64,000 nucleotides of DNA from positions 133,647-197,646 of the forward strand of contig JACPLD010000001.1 in NCBI GenBank assembly GCA_016186765.1. Direction: 5' to 3'. Source of the stretch: Candidatus Kaiserbacteria bacterium (lineage in GTDB: Bacteria > Patescibacteriota > Minisyncoccia > Phycocordibacterales > UBA2100). Made by a program: the position numbers and the translations under genes. Position 1 is the first letter of the stretch. The number at the start of each line of letters is the position of its first letter. Positions 29,605 to 38,517 of this stretch are shown in pieces. The notes under the pieces were generated by a model, which did no database searches, had not been told where the DNA came from, and was given only the letters and a program-made list of their open reading frames with translations.

Positions 29605-30072
29605 TCAGTACACCTGCAATTCGGAGGTATCACGCGAGGGCGGATTCGCCAGGCAGCGTTGCAGCTCGGGGGTTTCCGTCCAACCACACTTCCCGTCCGC
29701 TTGCGGTTCGCAGGAGGCTTCCTTGTAGCAGGCATACTCGGCACGGTATTCGCAAGTGGTAACGATACCCTCTGCTTCCTCTGCCGAAACACAAAGCTGT
29801 CCCGAGCAGCCTGCGACAGCGCACCCGTTAAAGGCAATCGAATCTGGAGGGAGTGTTTGACGCTCGTTTACAAAGGTGCGGCCGTCGGGAGTTGCGCAGC
29901 GCTCGGGATACGATTCCATAAGAGAGAAGCCTGCGGCGACGCACTCATCGAAATTGGTGATGAGGAAGAGAGATTGCTGTGCCCTGTTTTGCGAGAGCGC
30001 AACGAGAAGTCCTGCAATGATAGTGAGCACGACGACAATACCGATGAGCGTTGTTGTTGAGAGATTGGTCAT
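29605..30072 (-). CDS. hypothetical membrane-anchored Cys-rich secreted protein
   Basis: 155 aa; N-terminal TM (LIGIVVVLTIIAGLLVAL) then 10 Cys in the ectodomain. Confidence 0.5.
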   Translation of the reverse strand: MTNLSTTTLIGIVVVLTIIAGLLVALSQNRAQQSLFLITNFDECVAAGFSLMESYPERCATPDGRTFVNERQTLPPDSIAFNGCAVAGCSGQLCVSAEEAEGIVTTCEYRAEYACYKEASCEPQADGKCGWTETPELQRCLANPPSRDTSELQVY

Positions 30073-30144
30073 ATCCAGTTAGTACGACCAGTATACCAGA
30101 ACTTCCCCCGCAACTGTGGAAACTAGAGGGAACGGGGTGGTATT

Positions 30145-30657
30145 ATGGACATACGTTCCATGCAGATCGTCATTCGAAAAGCCGGGTGGAGGGACTTCGG
30201 CCCCCTTCTCAACTTGCAACGACAAGTCGTGCGTGAATCCGAGCACTTGGCCGCTACCCGCGGAGAGCGGAAGGAACCAGTCCTCTTTGCGTTTGCAAAA
30301 GCGATCCTGCACCGCAAACGCGTGCACACGCTGCTTGCCCTTGCCGGAAATGAACCGGTCGGCTACATCACAGTCGTATTCGGGAAGTTCAGGAAAGTTG
30401 GCGAAACAGCCTACCTTGTCGTCGGGGTGCGCGCATCGCACCAAGGGCAAGGTATCGGCACCACACTCCTCAATGAGGCAGAAAAATTCGCTCGTTCACG
30501 CAAAATGCACCGGATGGAGCTTGAGGTCTTCGAACGAAATGAAAGCGCCGTGCGACTCTACGAAAAACTCGGCTATCAGATCGAAGGCCGCCGCCGCGAA
30601 GCAGTAAAAACGCCGAACGGATACTCAGACATCATCTGGATGGGCAAACTCCTTTGA
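30145..30657 (+). CDS. GNAT family N-acetyltransferase
   Basis: 170 aa; acetyl-CoA binding motif A VGVRASHQGQGIGTTLL and motif B ...RLYEKLGY. Confidence 0.8.
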   Translation: MDIRSMQIVIRKAGWRDFGPLLNLQRQVVRESEHLAATRGERKEPVLFAFAKAILHRKRVHTLLALAGNEPVGYITVVFGKFRKVGETAYLVVGVRASHQGQGIGTTLLNEAEKFARSRKMHRMELEVFERNESAVRLYEKLGYQIEGRRREAVKTPNGYSDIIWMGKLL

Positions 30658-30676
30658 CTCAAATCCACTTATTTAT

Positions 30677-30748
30677 CCCCGCGGCAGGAATCGAACCCAC
30701 ATTACGAGCTCCGGAAGCTCGCGTCCTATCCGTTGAACGACGCGGGGC
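30677..30748 (-). tRNA. tRNA-Arg (anticodon CCG)
   Basis: Reverse complement CCCCGCGTCGTTCAACGGATAGGACGCGAGCTTCCGGAGCTCGTAATGTGGGTTCGATTCCTGCCGCGGGGA folds as a cloverleaf with anticodon loop UUCCGGA; CCA not encoded. Confidence 0.85.
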
Positions 30749-30770
30749 GAGACAACAGCGTATCATCGTG

Positions 30771-31727
30771 TCAGTCCGTCTCAAAAAGAGCGCTCAAGGA
30801 TTCTCCGTCCTCGATGCGGTGTATCGCCTCGCCGAATACCTCACCGACCGAGACGATCTCCACCTTGGACGAGAATGATCTATCCGTTGATATCGTATCC
30901 GTGATAAAAAGTTTCTTGATGGACGAGCCATCGAGTGTGGCTTTCGCTTCCCCGCTCAGGAGTCCGTGGGTCGTGCAGGCGTAGACTTCGCGGGCACCGT
31001 TTTCCGTGAGAAGCTTCGCGGCGGTTGCAAGCGTGCCGCAGGTGTCAGCCATGTCGTCCACGATGAGCGCGATCTTATCCTTCACGTCTCCGATGAGCTT
31101 CATGCGGGTCACTTTGTTCGGAAGCTCCCGTTCTTTGTGAATGATGGCAAGCTCAGCTTCTTTCATGAGACGTTTGGCGTACGACTGGGCGCGCACGACG
31201 CCGCCGACATCGGGAGACACCACAACGAACTTACCTTCTGCGAGAGCTTTCTTGAAGAACTCCCGCAGGTGCGGAATAAACACGCGCCGCGCGAGCAGAT
31301 TGTCGACGATCGCCGTCCGGAAGTAGCCGCCGATGGCGTCGTTGTGCAGATCCATCGTGAGAAAACGATTCGCGCCCAACGTCTCCACTATCGCCGCAAA
31401 AACGCGCGCGGAGATTGGCTCGCGAGGGCGAGACTTTCTGTCCTGTCGCGCGTAGCCGAAGTATGGAACGACCGCTGTTATTTCGCTTGCAGAGGCTCCG
31501 CGAGCTGCATCTATCGCAAGAAAAAGTCGCACCCAATTTTCCGCCGGAGGCGGAGTAGACTGTATGAGAAAAACATGTTTTCCCCGAAGATTCTCGAGGA
31601 ATTGCACATATTGTTCGCCATCGGAAAAGGTTTTGCATTTCACCTCCCCGAGCGGCATCCCGAGCTTCGCCGCAATTTTCTCCGCGAGTCCGTCGTTGCT
31701 GCCAAGACTGAAAACGCGAAAGTCCAT
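30771..31727 (-). CDS. prs: ribose-phosphate pyrophosphokinase
   Basis: 318 aa; PRPP-binding loop ALIVDDMADTCGT; strong Prs conservation throughout. Confidence 0.95.
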   Translation of the reverse strand: MDFRVFSLGSNDGLAEKIAAKLGMPLGEVKCKTFSDGEQYVQFLENLRGKHVFLIQSTPPPAENWVRLFLAIDAARGASASEITAVVPYFGYARQDRKSRPREPISARVFAAIVETLGANRFLTMDLHNDAIGGYFRTAIVDNLLARRVFIPHLREFFKKALAEGKFVVVSPDVGGVVRAQSYAKRLMKEAELAIIHKERELPNKVTRMKLIGDVKDKIALIVDDMADTCGTLATAAKLLTENGAREVYACTTHGLLSGEAKATLDGSSIKKLFITDTISTDRSFSSKVEIVSVGEVFGEAIHRIEDGESLSALFETD

Positions 31728-31753
31728 ATGGATTCGCAGTATAGCAGATTTTG

Positions 31754-31794
31754 TGGACCCAGCGAGAATCGAACTCGCGCCTCTGCAATGTTCA
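31754..31794 (-). pseudogene. 3' half of an interrupted tRNA (acceptor/T-arm portion) - outer split tRNA, 3' segment
   Basis: Reverse complement TGAACATTGCAGAGGCGCGAGTTCGATTCTCGCTGGGTCCA is a paralog of the 3' half of the nested tRNA-Ala. Its acceptor strand TGGGTCC pairs with the GGGCCCA of the 5' half at 31905..31939. Confidence 0.55.
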
Positions 31795-31808
31795 CCCCGT
31801 TAGATAAT
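31795..31808. repeat. left arm of a perfect 14-bp inverted repeat flanking the nested tRNA-Ala
   Basis: ccccgttagataat; reverse complement of attatctaacgggg at 31891..31904. Confidence 0.85.
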
Positions 31809-31814
31809 TTTCTG

Positions 31815-31885
31815 TGGACCTAGCGGGAATCGAACCCGCGCCTCTGCAATGCGAATGCAGCGTTTTGCCACTGAACTATAGGCCC
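31815..31885 (-). tRNA. tRNA-Ala (anticodon CGC), intact, nested inside the interrupted tRNA
   Basis: Reverse complement GGGCCTATAGTTCAGTGGCAAAACGCTGCATTCGCATTGCAGAGGCGCGGGTTCGATTCCCGCTAGGTCCA: G3-U70, anticodon stem CTGCA/TGCAG, loop UUCGCAU, T arm GCGGG-TTCGATT-CCCGC; 71 nt with a short D arm. Confidence 0.8.
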
Positions 31886-31890
31886 GCTGC

Positions 31891-31904
31891 ATTATCTAAC
31901 GGGG
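31891..31904. repeat. right arm of the perfect 14-bp inverted repeat flanking the nested tRNA-Ala
   Basis: attatctaacgggg. Confidence 0.85.
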
Positions 31905-31939
31905 CGTAGTGCAGCGTTTTACCACTGAACTATGGGCCC
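31905..31939 (-). pseudogene. 5' half of the interrupted tRNA (acceptor, D arm, 5' anticodon stem and first 5 loop nt) - outer split tRNA, 5' segment
   Basis: Reverse complement GGGCCCATAGTTCAGTGGTAAAACGCTGCACTACG, near-identical to the 5' half of the nested tRNA-Ala, with G3-U70 retained. Confidence 0.55.
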
Positions 31940-31974
31940 GTTTCTCTCGGACGCGAGAGAATATAGCACGTCTT

Positions 31975-32045
31975 TCGGGCTGCCGAGAATCGAACTCGGG
32001 CTACAAGCACCCCATGCTCGCGTACTACCACTATACGACAGCCCG
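31975..32045 (-). tRNA. tRNA-Pro (anticodon GGG)
   Basis: Reverse complement CGGGCTGTCGTATAGTGGTAGTACGCGAGCATGGGGTGCTTGTAGCCCGAGTTCGATTCTCGGCAGCCCGA: acceptor CGGGCTG/CAGCCCG, anticodon loop AUGGGGU, T arm CCGAG-TTCGATT-CTCGG. Confidence 0.85.
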
Positions 32046-32047
32046 GA

Positions 32048-32118
32048 TCGGGCCGCCGGGAATCGAACCCGGTCTACACGCACCCGAAGCGTGCGTACTA
32101 CCGGTATACTACGGCCCG
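32048..32118 (-). tRNA. tRNA-Pro (anticodon CGG)
   Basis: Reverse complement CGGGCCGTAGTATACCGGTAGTACGCACGCTTCGGGTGCGTGTAGACCGGGTTCGATTCCCGGCGGCCCGA: anticodon stem CACGC/GCGTG, loop UUCGGGU. Only 2 nt separate it from the previous tRNA. Confidence 0.85.
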
Positions 32119-32119
32119 G

Positions 32120-32193
32120 TGCACCCTGAAGGATTCGAACCTTCGGCCTTTCGAATGTGAATCGAACGCTCTAACCAACTGAGCTAAGGGTGC
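32120..32193 (-). tRNA. tRNA-Val (anticodon CAC)
   Basis: Reverse complement GCACCCTTAGCTCAGTTGGTTAGAGCGTTCGATTCACATTCGAAAGGCCGAAGGTTCGAATCCTTCAGGGTGCA: anticodon loop UUCACAU. 1 nt from the neighbouring tRNA-Pro. Confidence 0.85.
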
Positions 32194-32241
32194 GTTCCAG
32201 GATTATCTCTCAAAAATACTGAAGACTCAACGCCAGATTTT

Positions 32242-32739
32242 TTAGGCCCTGCACGTCGTGCACTTGCAATCTTTGCAGCACGCACAATCTCCGGCAGCAC
32301 AATCAGGGCACACGTTGCCCGGACACTTTTTGTAGGGAATCTGGAACGGTCCCGGTCCATACACTTTTATCATGAGGAGACCGCCAATGATCGCGAGATT
32401 TTTGAGGAACATCGTTTGCTGCAGCGGATCCGAAAGATTCGTGTGATACGCGAGAGTGACGAGTGCGATGAAGACGACGAGCGCTGCTGCAGCGATTCGT
32501 GCATGATAGCCGAGGATGAGCATGATCGCTCCGCCAAACTCAACGATGATAGAAAGAACAGCCAAGACACTCGGCGCAGGCAGTCCGGCAGAGGCGATAT
32601 ATGCGACCGCGCCTTCAAAACCGGTGAGCTTCCCCCACCCCGCAACCAAGAACACGAGTCCGAGTAATATACGTGCGAGTACGACGGCATACGTTTTCCA
32701 TCCCGTTTCGCACTTGAGGCAACCACATGTGGCACCCAT
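32242..32739 (-). CDS. DoxX-family membrane protein with a C-terminal Cys-rich tail
   Basis: ORF track 32242..32817; start taken at MGATCG. DoxX-like helices (ILLGLVFLVAGWGKL...); C-terminal CPGNVCPDCAAGDCACCKDCKCTTC. Confidence 0.65.
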   Translation of the reverse strand: MGATCGCLKCETGWKTYAVVLARILLGLVFLVAGWGKLTGFEGAVAYIASAGLPAPSVLAVLSIIVEFGGAIMLILGYHARIAAAALVVFIALVTLAYHTNLSDPLQQTMFLKNLAIIGGLLMIKVYGPGPFQIPYKKCPGNVCPDCAAGDCACCKDCKCTTCRA

Positions 32740-32850
32740 AGGTAAGCGAGAAATTATTGCTATGCCACTAAGGGTACGATGGCCTGTGAGAGCGTCAAGC
32801 GACGTTTTCCACTCCACCTCCCAAAGTGATGAGAGGCTCGCGCCGCGATG

Positions 32851-33336
32851 TCACTTTATATTCACAATCTTGTACTTTTGGGTGCCCTTGGGCGTGTCGA
32901 ACGAGAAGACGTCGCCTTTCTTTTTCTCCATGAGAGAAGATCCCAGCGGCGAGAGGTGCGATATCTTGTGCTCTTGCATGTTGGCTTCCGCGCTTCCTAC
33001 GATCTCATACGTGTGCTCCTCTTTTTCCCCCTGCTTTTGGATCGTCACAAAGCTTCCGAGCGAAACCGCGCTCCCCTTCCCACCCTTTCCATGCTCGATG
33101 ATACGTGCACGACTAAGCTCCCCCTCGATGGTGCGTATCCGATCTTCGGTCGCCGCCTGTAGGTTCCTCGCCTCTTCGTATTCGGCATTTTCCGAAAGAT
33201 CGCCGAGGCTGCGCGCGTATTCGAGCTGCTCGGCGATCTCGCGCCGCCGCACGGTTTTCAAATGTTCGAGCTCAGCCGTGAGCTCGTCGAATTTTTCTTT
33301 ACTCAAATAGTTTGAGTCGTCTTTTTCATCAATCAT
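32851..33336 (-). CDS. greA: transcription elongation factor GreA
   Basis: 161 aa; N-terminal coiled-coil (LTAELEHLKTVRRREIAEQLEYARSLGDLSENAEY) and C-terminal FKBP-like domain. Confidence 0.9.
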   Translation of the reverse strand: MIDEKDDSNYLSKEKFDELTAELEHLKTVRRREIAEQLEYARSLGDLSENAEYEEARNLQAATEDRIRTIEGELSRARIIEHGKGGKGSAVSLGSFVTIQKQGEKEEHTYEIVGSAEANMQEHKISHLSPLGSSLMEKKKGDVFSFDTPKGTQKYKIVNIK

Positions 33337-33342
33337 GCGCGA

Positions 33343-33380
33343 GCATTATACCTTGATAAGGCGAAAGTCAAAGGGCAAAA
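33343..33380 (-). promoter_or_regulatory. putative sigma70-type promoter of greA (consensus TATAAT -10, TTGACT -35)
   Basis: Minus strand reads ...tttgacttTCGCCTTATCAAGGtataatGCTCGCGC-ATG. Perfect TATAAT lies 8 nt upstream of the start codon (very short leader); TTGACT at a 15-nt spacer. Confidence 0.45.
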
Positions 33381-33447
33381 GTCAAAAGTATTCAACAGAC
33401 TCAACGCATTGCAAACTTTTGCCTTTTGATTTTTGCCTTTTGACTTT
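33364..33447. repeat. extended imperfect inverted repeat with internal gtcaaa(a/g)ggcaaaa direct repeats between mrdA and greA
   Basis: aaagtcaaagggcaaaagtcaaaag ... cttttgccttttgatttttgccttttgacttt (arms ~25 bp, spacer ~30 bp); overlaps the mrdA stop. Confidence 0.5.
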
Positions 33448-35143
33448 ACTCTACATATTCCGGTTTATTCGCGATAAGCCATTCGAAAAAGGGCCGCAGG
33501 CCTGGCGCTGCGCCGCTAAGCGTCCCTGCCGGAGCTTTCTCCAAAACAGCCGCGTATGCGTACTTCGGATTCTCTGCGGGCCAGAAGCCGACAGACCATG
33601 AGTTTATCCATTCATTCTTCGCGCCGACCTGCGCAGTCCCCGTTTTCGCCGCGATCGAGATCCCCGGCATATTGAGGACCTTCACGGTCGCATCCTGTCG
33701 CGTTGATGTAACTGCCATACGCATGCCTTCGCGCACGATCTGCAGGTACAAATCCGGTACACCGACATCGACGTACTCCGGTGCTTCCCCCGCAATGATC
33801 TGAGGCGTGAGAAGCCTACCGCCGTTTGCGATCGCGGCGATGAAGCGTACCGCCTGCAGCGGCGTAATTTGGAAGCCATATTGCCCGATCGCGGTATGGT
33901 ATGTGTTGCCGATCCGCCACGGGTCATCTTCGCCGAACACCGCCGCTTTCCACTCGGGTGTCGGTATCACTCCTACTTGCTCGCCAAAGAGCGCAACGCC
34001 GGATAGCTGCCCGAGGCCAAAGCGCCTCGCGTATTCGTCGAGCTTGCGTATGCCGAGACCCACCTGTGAACCATATCCGCCACCGATCGTATAGAAGTAC
34101 TCATCGCTCGAAACCGCGATCGCCTCACGCATGTCGATCGCACCGTGCACGGTCCAGTCGCGATAGACTGAAGGGTGCTGCGGATCGTACGGATTCGGGA
34201 TCGTGATCGCACCCTTGGAGACGACCTCCTCCTCAGGGCCAATGATCCTCTCATTCAAGGCAGCGGCAGCGAAGATCGGCTTCACGATAGAGCCCGGTGC
34301 ATAGAGCCCGGAGATCGCGCGATCGAGAAGCGGTGAGCGCAAGTCTTCCGAGACTACGCGGATCGTCTCTGCATCACCTTCGGCAAAGGCCGCATGATCG
34401 TAGCCGGGAAAGCTTGTAAGTGCGATCAGCTCGCCGGTTTCCACATCCATGATGACAGAGGCACCCCCGACAAAATCCTGCCTCCTAGCATGAGCTGAGA
34501 GAAACGAAAAAAGTTTGCTCTGCAGCTCGGCGTCTATTGAGAGCACGAGATCCTGCCCGCTCACTGCTTTTTCGACAACAAGGTGCCCCTGCGCCTCTCC
34601 TCTCGCGTCAGTTTCGGTCATCGTGCTGCCGTTTTTACCAGCGAGCGTTCCGTCGAACGCGCGCTCGGCACCCGAGACACCCGTAATCTCTTCGCGCCAC
34701 CAAACCCCCGTGGCATCCACTTTCGGATAGCGTACAAATCCGACGAGGTGCGAGAGACCCGGCGAATCAGCGTAGGCGCGAAGCGCAAATGAGCTCTCGC
34801 TGCTCGAGGCGGCGACGTTCCACGCGAGTTTGCGTCCCGTCCTATCGTAGAGTTCTCCGCGGGAAGCGAAGGTGAGTGAGCGGTGGAAGCGATTCTCACG
34901 CGAGATATCGGCATAAGCCTCGCCGTTGAGGATTGACAAATCGAAGAGGCGTGCGGTAAATGCCGCGATCACGAGAGTGAGCGCGAGACCGACACCGAGA
35001 ATAGCGCGGCTAGAAAGGGGCAGAACGACCCGCGCCTCAAGATGCGGGTCGTCACGGCCTGGGAGGTTCGACGAGTCGAGAAAAATATCTTCGGGTGCGA
35101 TCTCACGAACGTTGCGAGATTTTCTTCCAAACATCACGACCAC
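33446..35143 (-). CDS. mrdA: penicillin-binding protein 2 (elongasome transpeptidase)
   Basis: 565 aa; SxxK (GSIVKP), KTG (AAKTGTAQV); follows mreBCD. Confidence 0.85.
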   Translation of the reverse strand: MVVMFGRKSRNVREIAPEDIFLDSSNLPGRDDPHLEARVVLPLSSRAILGVGLALTLVIAAFTARLFDLSILNGEAYADISRENRFHRSLTFASRGELYDRTGRKLAWNVAASSSESSFALRAYADSPGLSHLVGFVRYPKVDATGVWWREEITGVSGAERAFDGTLAGKNGSTMTETDARGEAQGHLVVEKAVSGQDLVLSIDAELQSKLFSFLSAHARRQDFVGGASVIMDVETGELIALTSFPGYDHAAFAEGDAETIRVVSEDLRSPLLDRAISGLYAPGSIVKPIFAAAALNERIIGPEEEVVSKGAITIPNPYDPQHPSVYRDWTVHGAIDMREAIAVSSDEYFYTIGGGYGSQVGLGIRKLDEYARRFGLGQLSGVALFGEQVGVIPTPEWKAAVFGEDDPWRIGNTYHTAIGQYGFQITPLQAVRFIAAIANGGRLLTPQIIAGEAPEYVDVGVPDLYLQIVREGMRMAVTSTRQDATVKVLNMPGISIAAKTGTAQVGAKNEWINSWSVGFWPAENPKYAYAAVLEKAPAGTLSGAAPGLRPFFEWLIANKPEYVE

Positions 35144-35158
35144 TATACCATTACGTGC

Positions 35159-35436
35159 TCATCGAGTCAGAAATTCACTCCGAAGCGGCTCCAACCCCCA
35201 CGCGAGCATGAGGCCCAGGAGCGTAAAGATCGGAAGCGATGCAACAATTCCGCCCGCAGGCGAAAACCATATCATGTCGACAAGAAAACCGATCGCAATG
35301 ACCTCCCACGCGGCAAAACGCAGCGAGAGCATCGCCATCACGAGGAGCGGCACCCATGGTGGTAGAGCGATCGCGCCGACAAAACCGAGCGCTGAAAGCA
35401 ATACGCGAATGTTATTCGAGACGCGGTACGACATAC
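35159..35436 (-). CDS. mreD: rod shape-determining protein MreD (short form)
   Basis: ORF track 35159..35782 is an over-extension. Start taken at MSYRVSNN, giving ~92 aa of multi-TM sequence (LLSALGFVGAIALPPWVPLLVMAMLSLRFAAWEVIAIGFLVDMIWF...) directly after mreC. Confidence 0.55.
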
Positions 35437-36206
35437 ACAAACTGCAGCTCCGACAGGCTGACAGGTACTCGCACGAAGACGCGCGCGAGCGCACTGCCGG
35501 GATCGGAAGATACTGACCCGACGATACCGATGACACGGCCAGCAAAAGCGGTAGAGGTGACCGGCTCTCCGCTTGAAAGCGCGAGTGCGCTCGGCACCTC
35601 GGTACGCGCATTGCCACCTCCCCGCCCTTCGAGTGAAAGCACTGCACCTCCCGCCAAACCTTCAACCAAAGCCCCCGGTGCGAACACTTCCCGTACGAGC
35701 GAGATATGCTCTCCCGCTTCAGCGACGCTCCCGATGACAAATCCCTTTTCGCTTCCCGCGAGAACGATGCTTCCCTCGGCAACCCCCTCGAGAGTGCCTG
35801 CGCCTATCAGGAATGTTCCGTACGGCGAGGAGTTCGAGGACGAAACGATCGGCGCAGCCACACCTCGCTGCTGCTTAGCGAAGTTAACCATCGCTCGCAG
35901 CTGCGTATTTTCCCGCTCGAGCACCTCAAGACGTCCTGTGAGCGCTTGCTGCGCGGTGAGCTCTTGCTGCAGTGCTTCGATCTTTGCCTCGAGCCCGCGC
36001 TTGCTCGAAAAAAAGCCGCTGCCAAAGATGGCGCCGCTTGCAGCCGAACCCGCCGACCATACGGCCGATGCGGCAACTCGGGCAGCGCCACGCACCATTC
36101 CTCCTGAAGCAAGATCGAAGACGAGCGCAAGGAGAACGACGAGGGTCGCGATGAGAAGACGCCTGCGCGCTTTCACTCTCTCATTCCGTAGGTACGAGCT
36201 CATCAT
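35412..36206 (-). CDS. mreC: rod shape-determining protein MreC
   Basis: 264 aa; N-terminal TM, coiled-coil (LEAKIEALQQELTAQQALTGRLEVLERENTQLRAM), C-terminal beta domains; operon position. Confidence 0.8.
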   Translation of the reverse strand: MMSSYLRNERVKARRRLLIATLVVLLALVFDLASGGMVRGAARVAASAVWSAGSAASGAIFGSGFFSSKRGLEAKIEALQQELTAQQALTGRLEVLERENTQLRAMVNFAKQQRGVAAPIVSSSNSSPYGTFLIGAGTLEGVAEGSIVLAGSEKGFVIGSVAEAGEHISLVREVFAPGALVEGLAGGAVLSLEGRGGGNARTEVPSALALSSGEPVTSTAFAGRVIGIVGSVSSDPGSALARVFVRVPVSLSELQFVYVVPRLE

Positions 36207-37260
36207 CGGAGGTGAGGATCGCTTCGCGGTAGCGCTCTATGTCGTCGAGAACGACGCTCGTTCCGCGCACGACCGCGGTCAAGGGATCGGGGTCGACGTT
36301 GACCGATACGCCCAAACTCTCGGTGAGGAATTCCGGAAGCCCGCGAATCAGCGCGCCACCGCCCACAAGGTACATCCCACGCTGCATGATGTCGGATACC
36401 AATTCCGGCGGCGTCGTCTCAAGCACCTCCTTGACCGACTCGACCAATTCCTCAATCGAGTGACCGAGAGCATTGCGAATATCCTGATCGGTAAGCGATA
36501 TCTCGCGCGGGAGACCCGAGACGAGGTCGCGACCTCGCGCGAAGCTTTCAGCGCGCTCGCCACGCGGAATGACAGAGGCAAGCGCGATCTTCAATTCCTC
36601 CGCGGTTTTTTCGCCGATCAGAAGCTTGAACTCATTGCGCACATGCGACACGATGTCGGCGTTGAACCGATCGCCCGCGACGCGCGCGTTGTGCGCGTTC
36701 ACCAAACCTCCGAGCGAGATGACACCGATATCCGTCGTCCCGCCTCCGATGTCAACGACCATACTTCCCGTGGGCTCGTGTACCGGCAATTCGATCCCGA
36801 TCGCCGCTGCCATTGGCTCTTCAATAATATGCACTTCGTGTGCACCCGCTGCTTTGGCCGCATCGCGCACCGCGCGCATTTCGACGGAGGTGATGCCGGA
36901 GGGAACACCCACGCACACACGCGGGCCCAAAAGCCTCGTGTGACCAGCCTGCGCCTTATTGATGAGGTACGAGAGCATCTCGGAAGTCACTTCGAAATCA
37001 GAAATGACACCATCAACCACCGGCTGTACCGCGACGATGTGCTGGGGAGTCCTCCCGAGCATCTCTTTTGCCTGCGCGCCCACCGCAACGATCTGCCCGG
37101 TCTTCTTATTCATCGCGACAATCGAGGGCTCATTGATGACGATGCCACGCCCCTTCACGTAGACCAAGGTATTCGCGGTGCCGAGATCGATACCGATATC
37201 ATTCGAAAAGAGACCCAAAATCCGGTCCTTGTACCTACGCATTCTGTCCATGAAACTCAT
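36181..37260 (-). CDS. mreB: rod shape-determining protein MreB
   Basis: ORF track 36181..37302; start taken at MSFMDRM. Actin-fold motifs LGLFSNDIGIDLGTANTLVY, VVDIGGGTTD. Confidence 0.9.
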   Translation of the reverse strand: MSFMDRMRRYKDRILGLFSNDIGIDLGTANTLVYVKGRGIVINEPSIVAMNKKTGQIVAVGAQAKEMLGRTPQHIVAVQPVVDGVISDFEVTSEMLSYLINKAQAGHTRLLGPRVCVGVPSGITSVEMRAVRDAAKAAGAHEVHIIEEPMAAAIGIELPVHEPTGSMVVDIGGGTTDIGVISLGGLVNAHNARVAGDRFNADIVSHVRNEFKLLIGEKTAEELKIALASVIPRGERAESFARGRDLVSGLPREISLTDQDIRNALGHSIEELVESVKEVLETTPPELVSDIMQRGMYLVGGGALIRGLPEFLTESLGVSVNVDPDPLTAVVRGTSVVLDDIERYREAILTSDDELVPTE

Positions 37261-37261
37261 A

Positions 37262-38517
37262 CTATCGTTCGAGGTGTTCAATAAGGTCGTTCTCCGAAAC
37301 AAATGTCGTCAATCCATCCGCGCGCGAGATCACTTCGACCCCCCCTTCCGCCATAGTTTTTTCTGAAATGATGAGACGTTTTGGGATGCCGAGCAGATCC
37401 GAATCGGTAAATTTCTCTCCTGCGCGCATGTCACGATCGTCGTAGAGCGTCTCGATGCCATTTTCCTGCAGAAGCTCGTAGAGCCTGTCCGCCTCGGCGG
37501 AGACATCACGACTCCCGCCCGTGATAGCAATCAGATGCGCGGCAAATGGCGCAACCGCAGGTGGCCATACGAGCCCTTTTTCGTCGGAGAAAACTTCCGC
37601 AAGAGTGCCCATCAAGCGAGTCGGGCCCAGCCCATAGGAGCCCATGACAACATCCTTCTGTTTTCCCGCCCTGTCTTTGAAGTGTAGACCGAGCGCCTTG
37701 GAAAAGCGTGTGCCGAGACTGAAAATATTCCCAATCTCAATTGCTTTTTCTTCGGAGAGCTCGCGTTCCGAAAGTCCGAGATCTGCAAGAACCTCTTCGT
37801 TCATGACCTCTTTATTGACTGCGATACGCTTCTTTTTACTGACGTATATCGTGTCCTCTCCTACATCCGAGAGACACTGGAACTCATGGCTGTACTTCGA
37901 GAATACGCCGCCCCCGGCGAAGGTGCGGTAGGTCCGCTCGCCGAGCTGAAGGCGCGCGAAGACACGTTCGTACGCGGCAGCGACTGTTTCGTAGAGCTTG
38001 CCGTGCTCCTCTTCGGATGAGGCGAACGTGTAGAGATCTTTCATGAGAAATTCGCGACCGCGGATGATCCCGCTCTTCGCGCGTTCCTCGTTGCGGAATT
38101 TCCACTGGATCTGGTAGACGAGCTTTGGCAGATCGTGGTAGCTGGAGATGTGCGAGCGCATGATGCTCGTCAGCGGTTCCTCATGCGTGAAGCCCAAACC
38201 AACCTCACCTCCGTCTTTGAATTTGGTCTTGAACCAGCTGTCGACAGCTGAATCACTCCAACGATCCGTCTGCTCCCACAACTCTTTCTGCTGGAGCGTG
38301 GTCATCAGGATCTCCTGCCCGCCGATTCTGTTCATCTCCTCACGAATGATCGCGTTGATGCGCTCGAGTACGCGCAGGCCGAGCGGCAAAAAGTCGTACA
38401 CTCCCGCCATCTCCTTATTGATGTAGCCTGCACGGATGAGGAGTTGCGCATTCTTTGCGACTTCGTCTTTCGGCGCATCGCGCCGCGTCTTCGTGAAGAG
38501 CGCCGACTGTCGCATGG
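37262..38517 (-). CDS. proS: proline--tRNA ligase
   Basis: ORF track 37262..38674; start taken at MRQSALFTKTRRDAPKDEVAKNAQLLIRAGYI, which aligns with the canonical ProRS N-terminus. Class II motifs (FRNEERAKSGIIRGREFLMKD). Confidence 0.9.
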
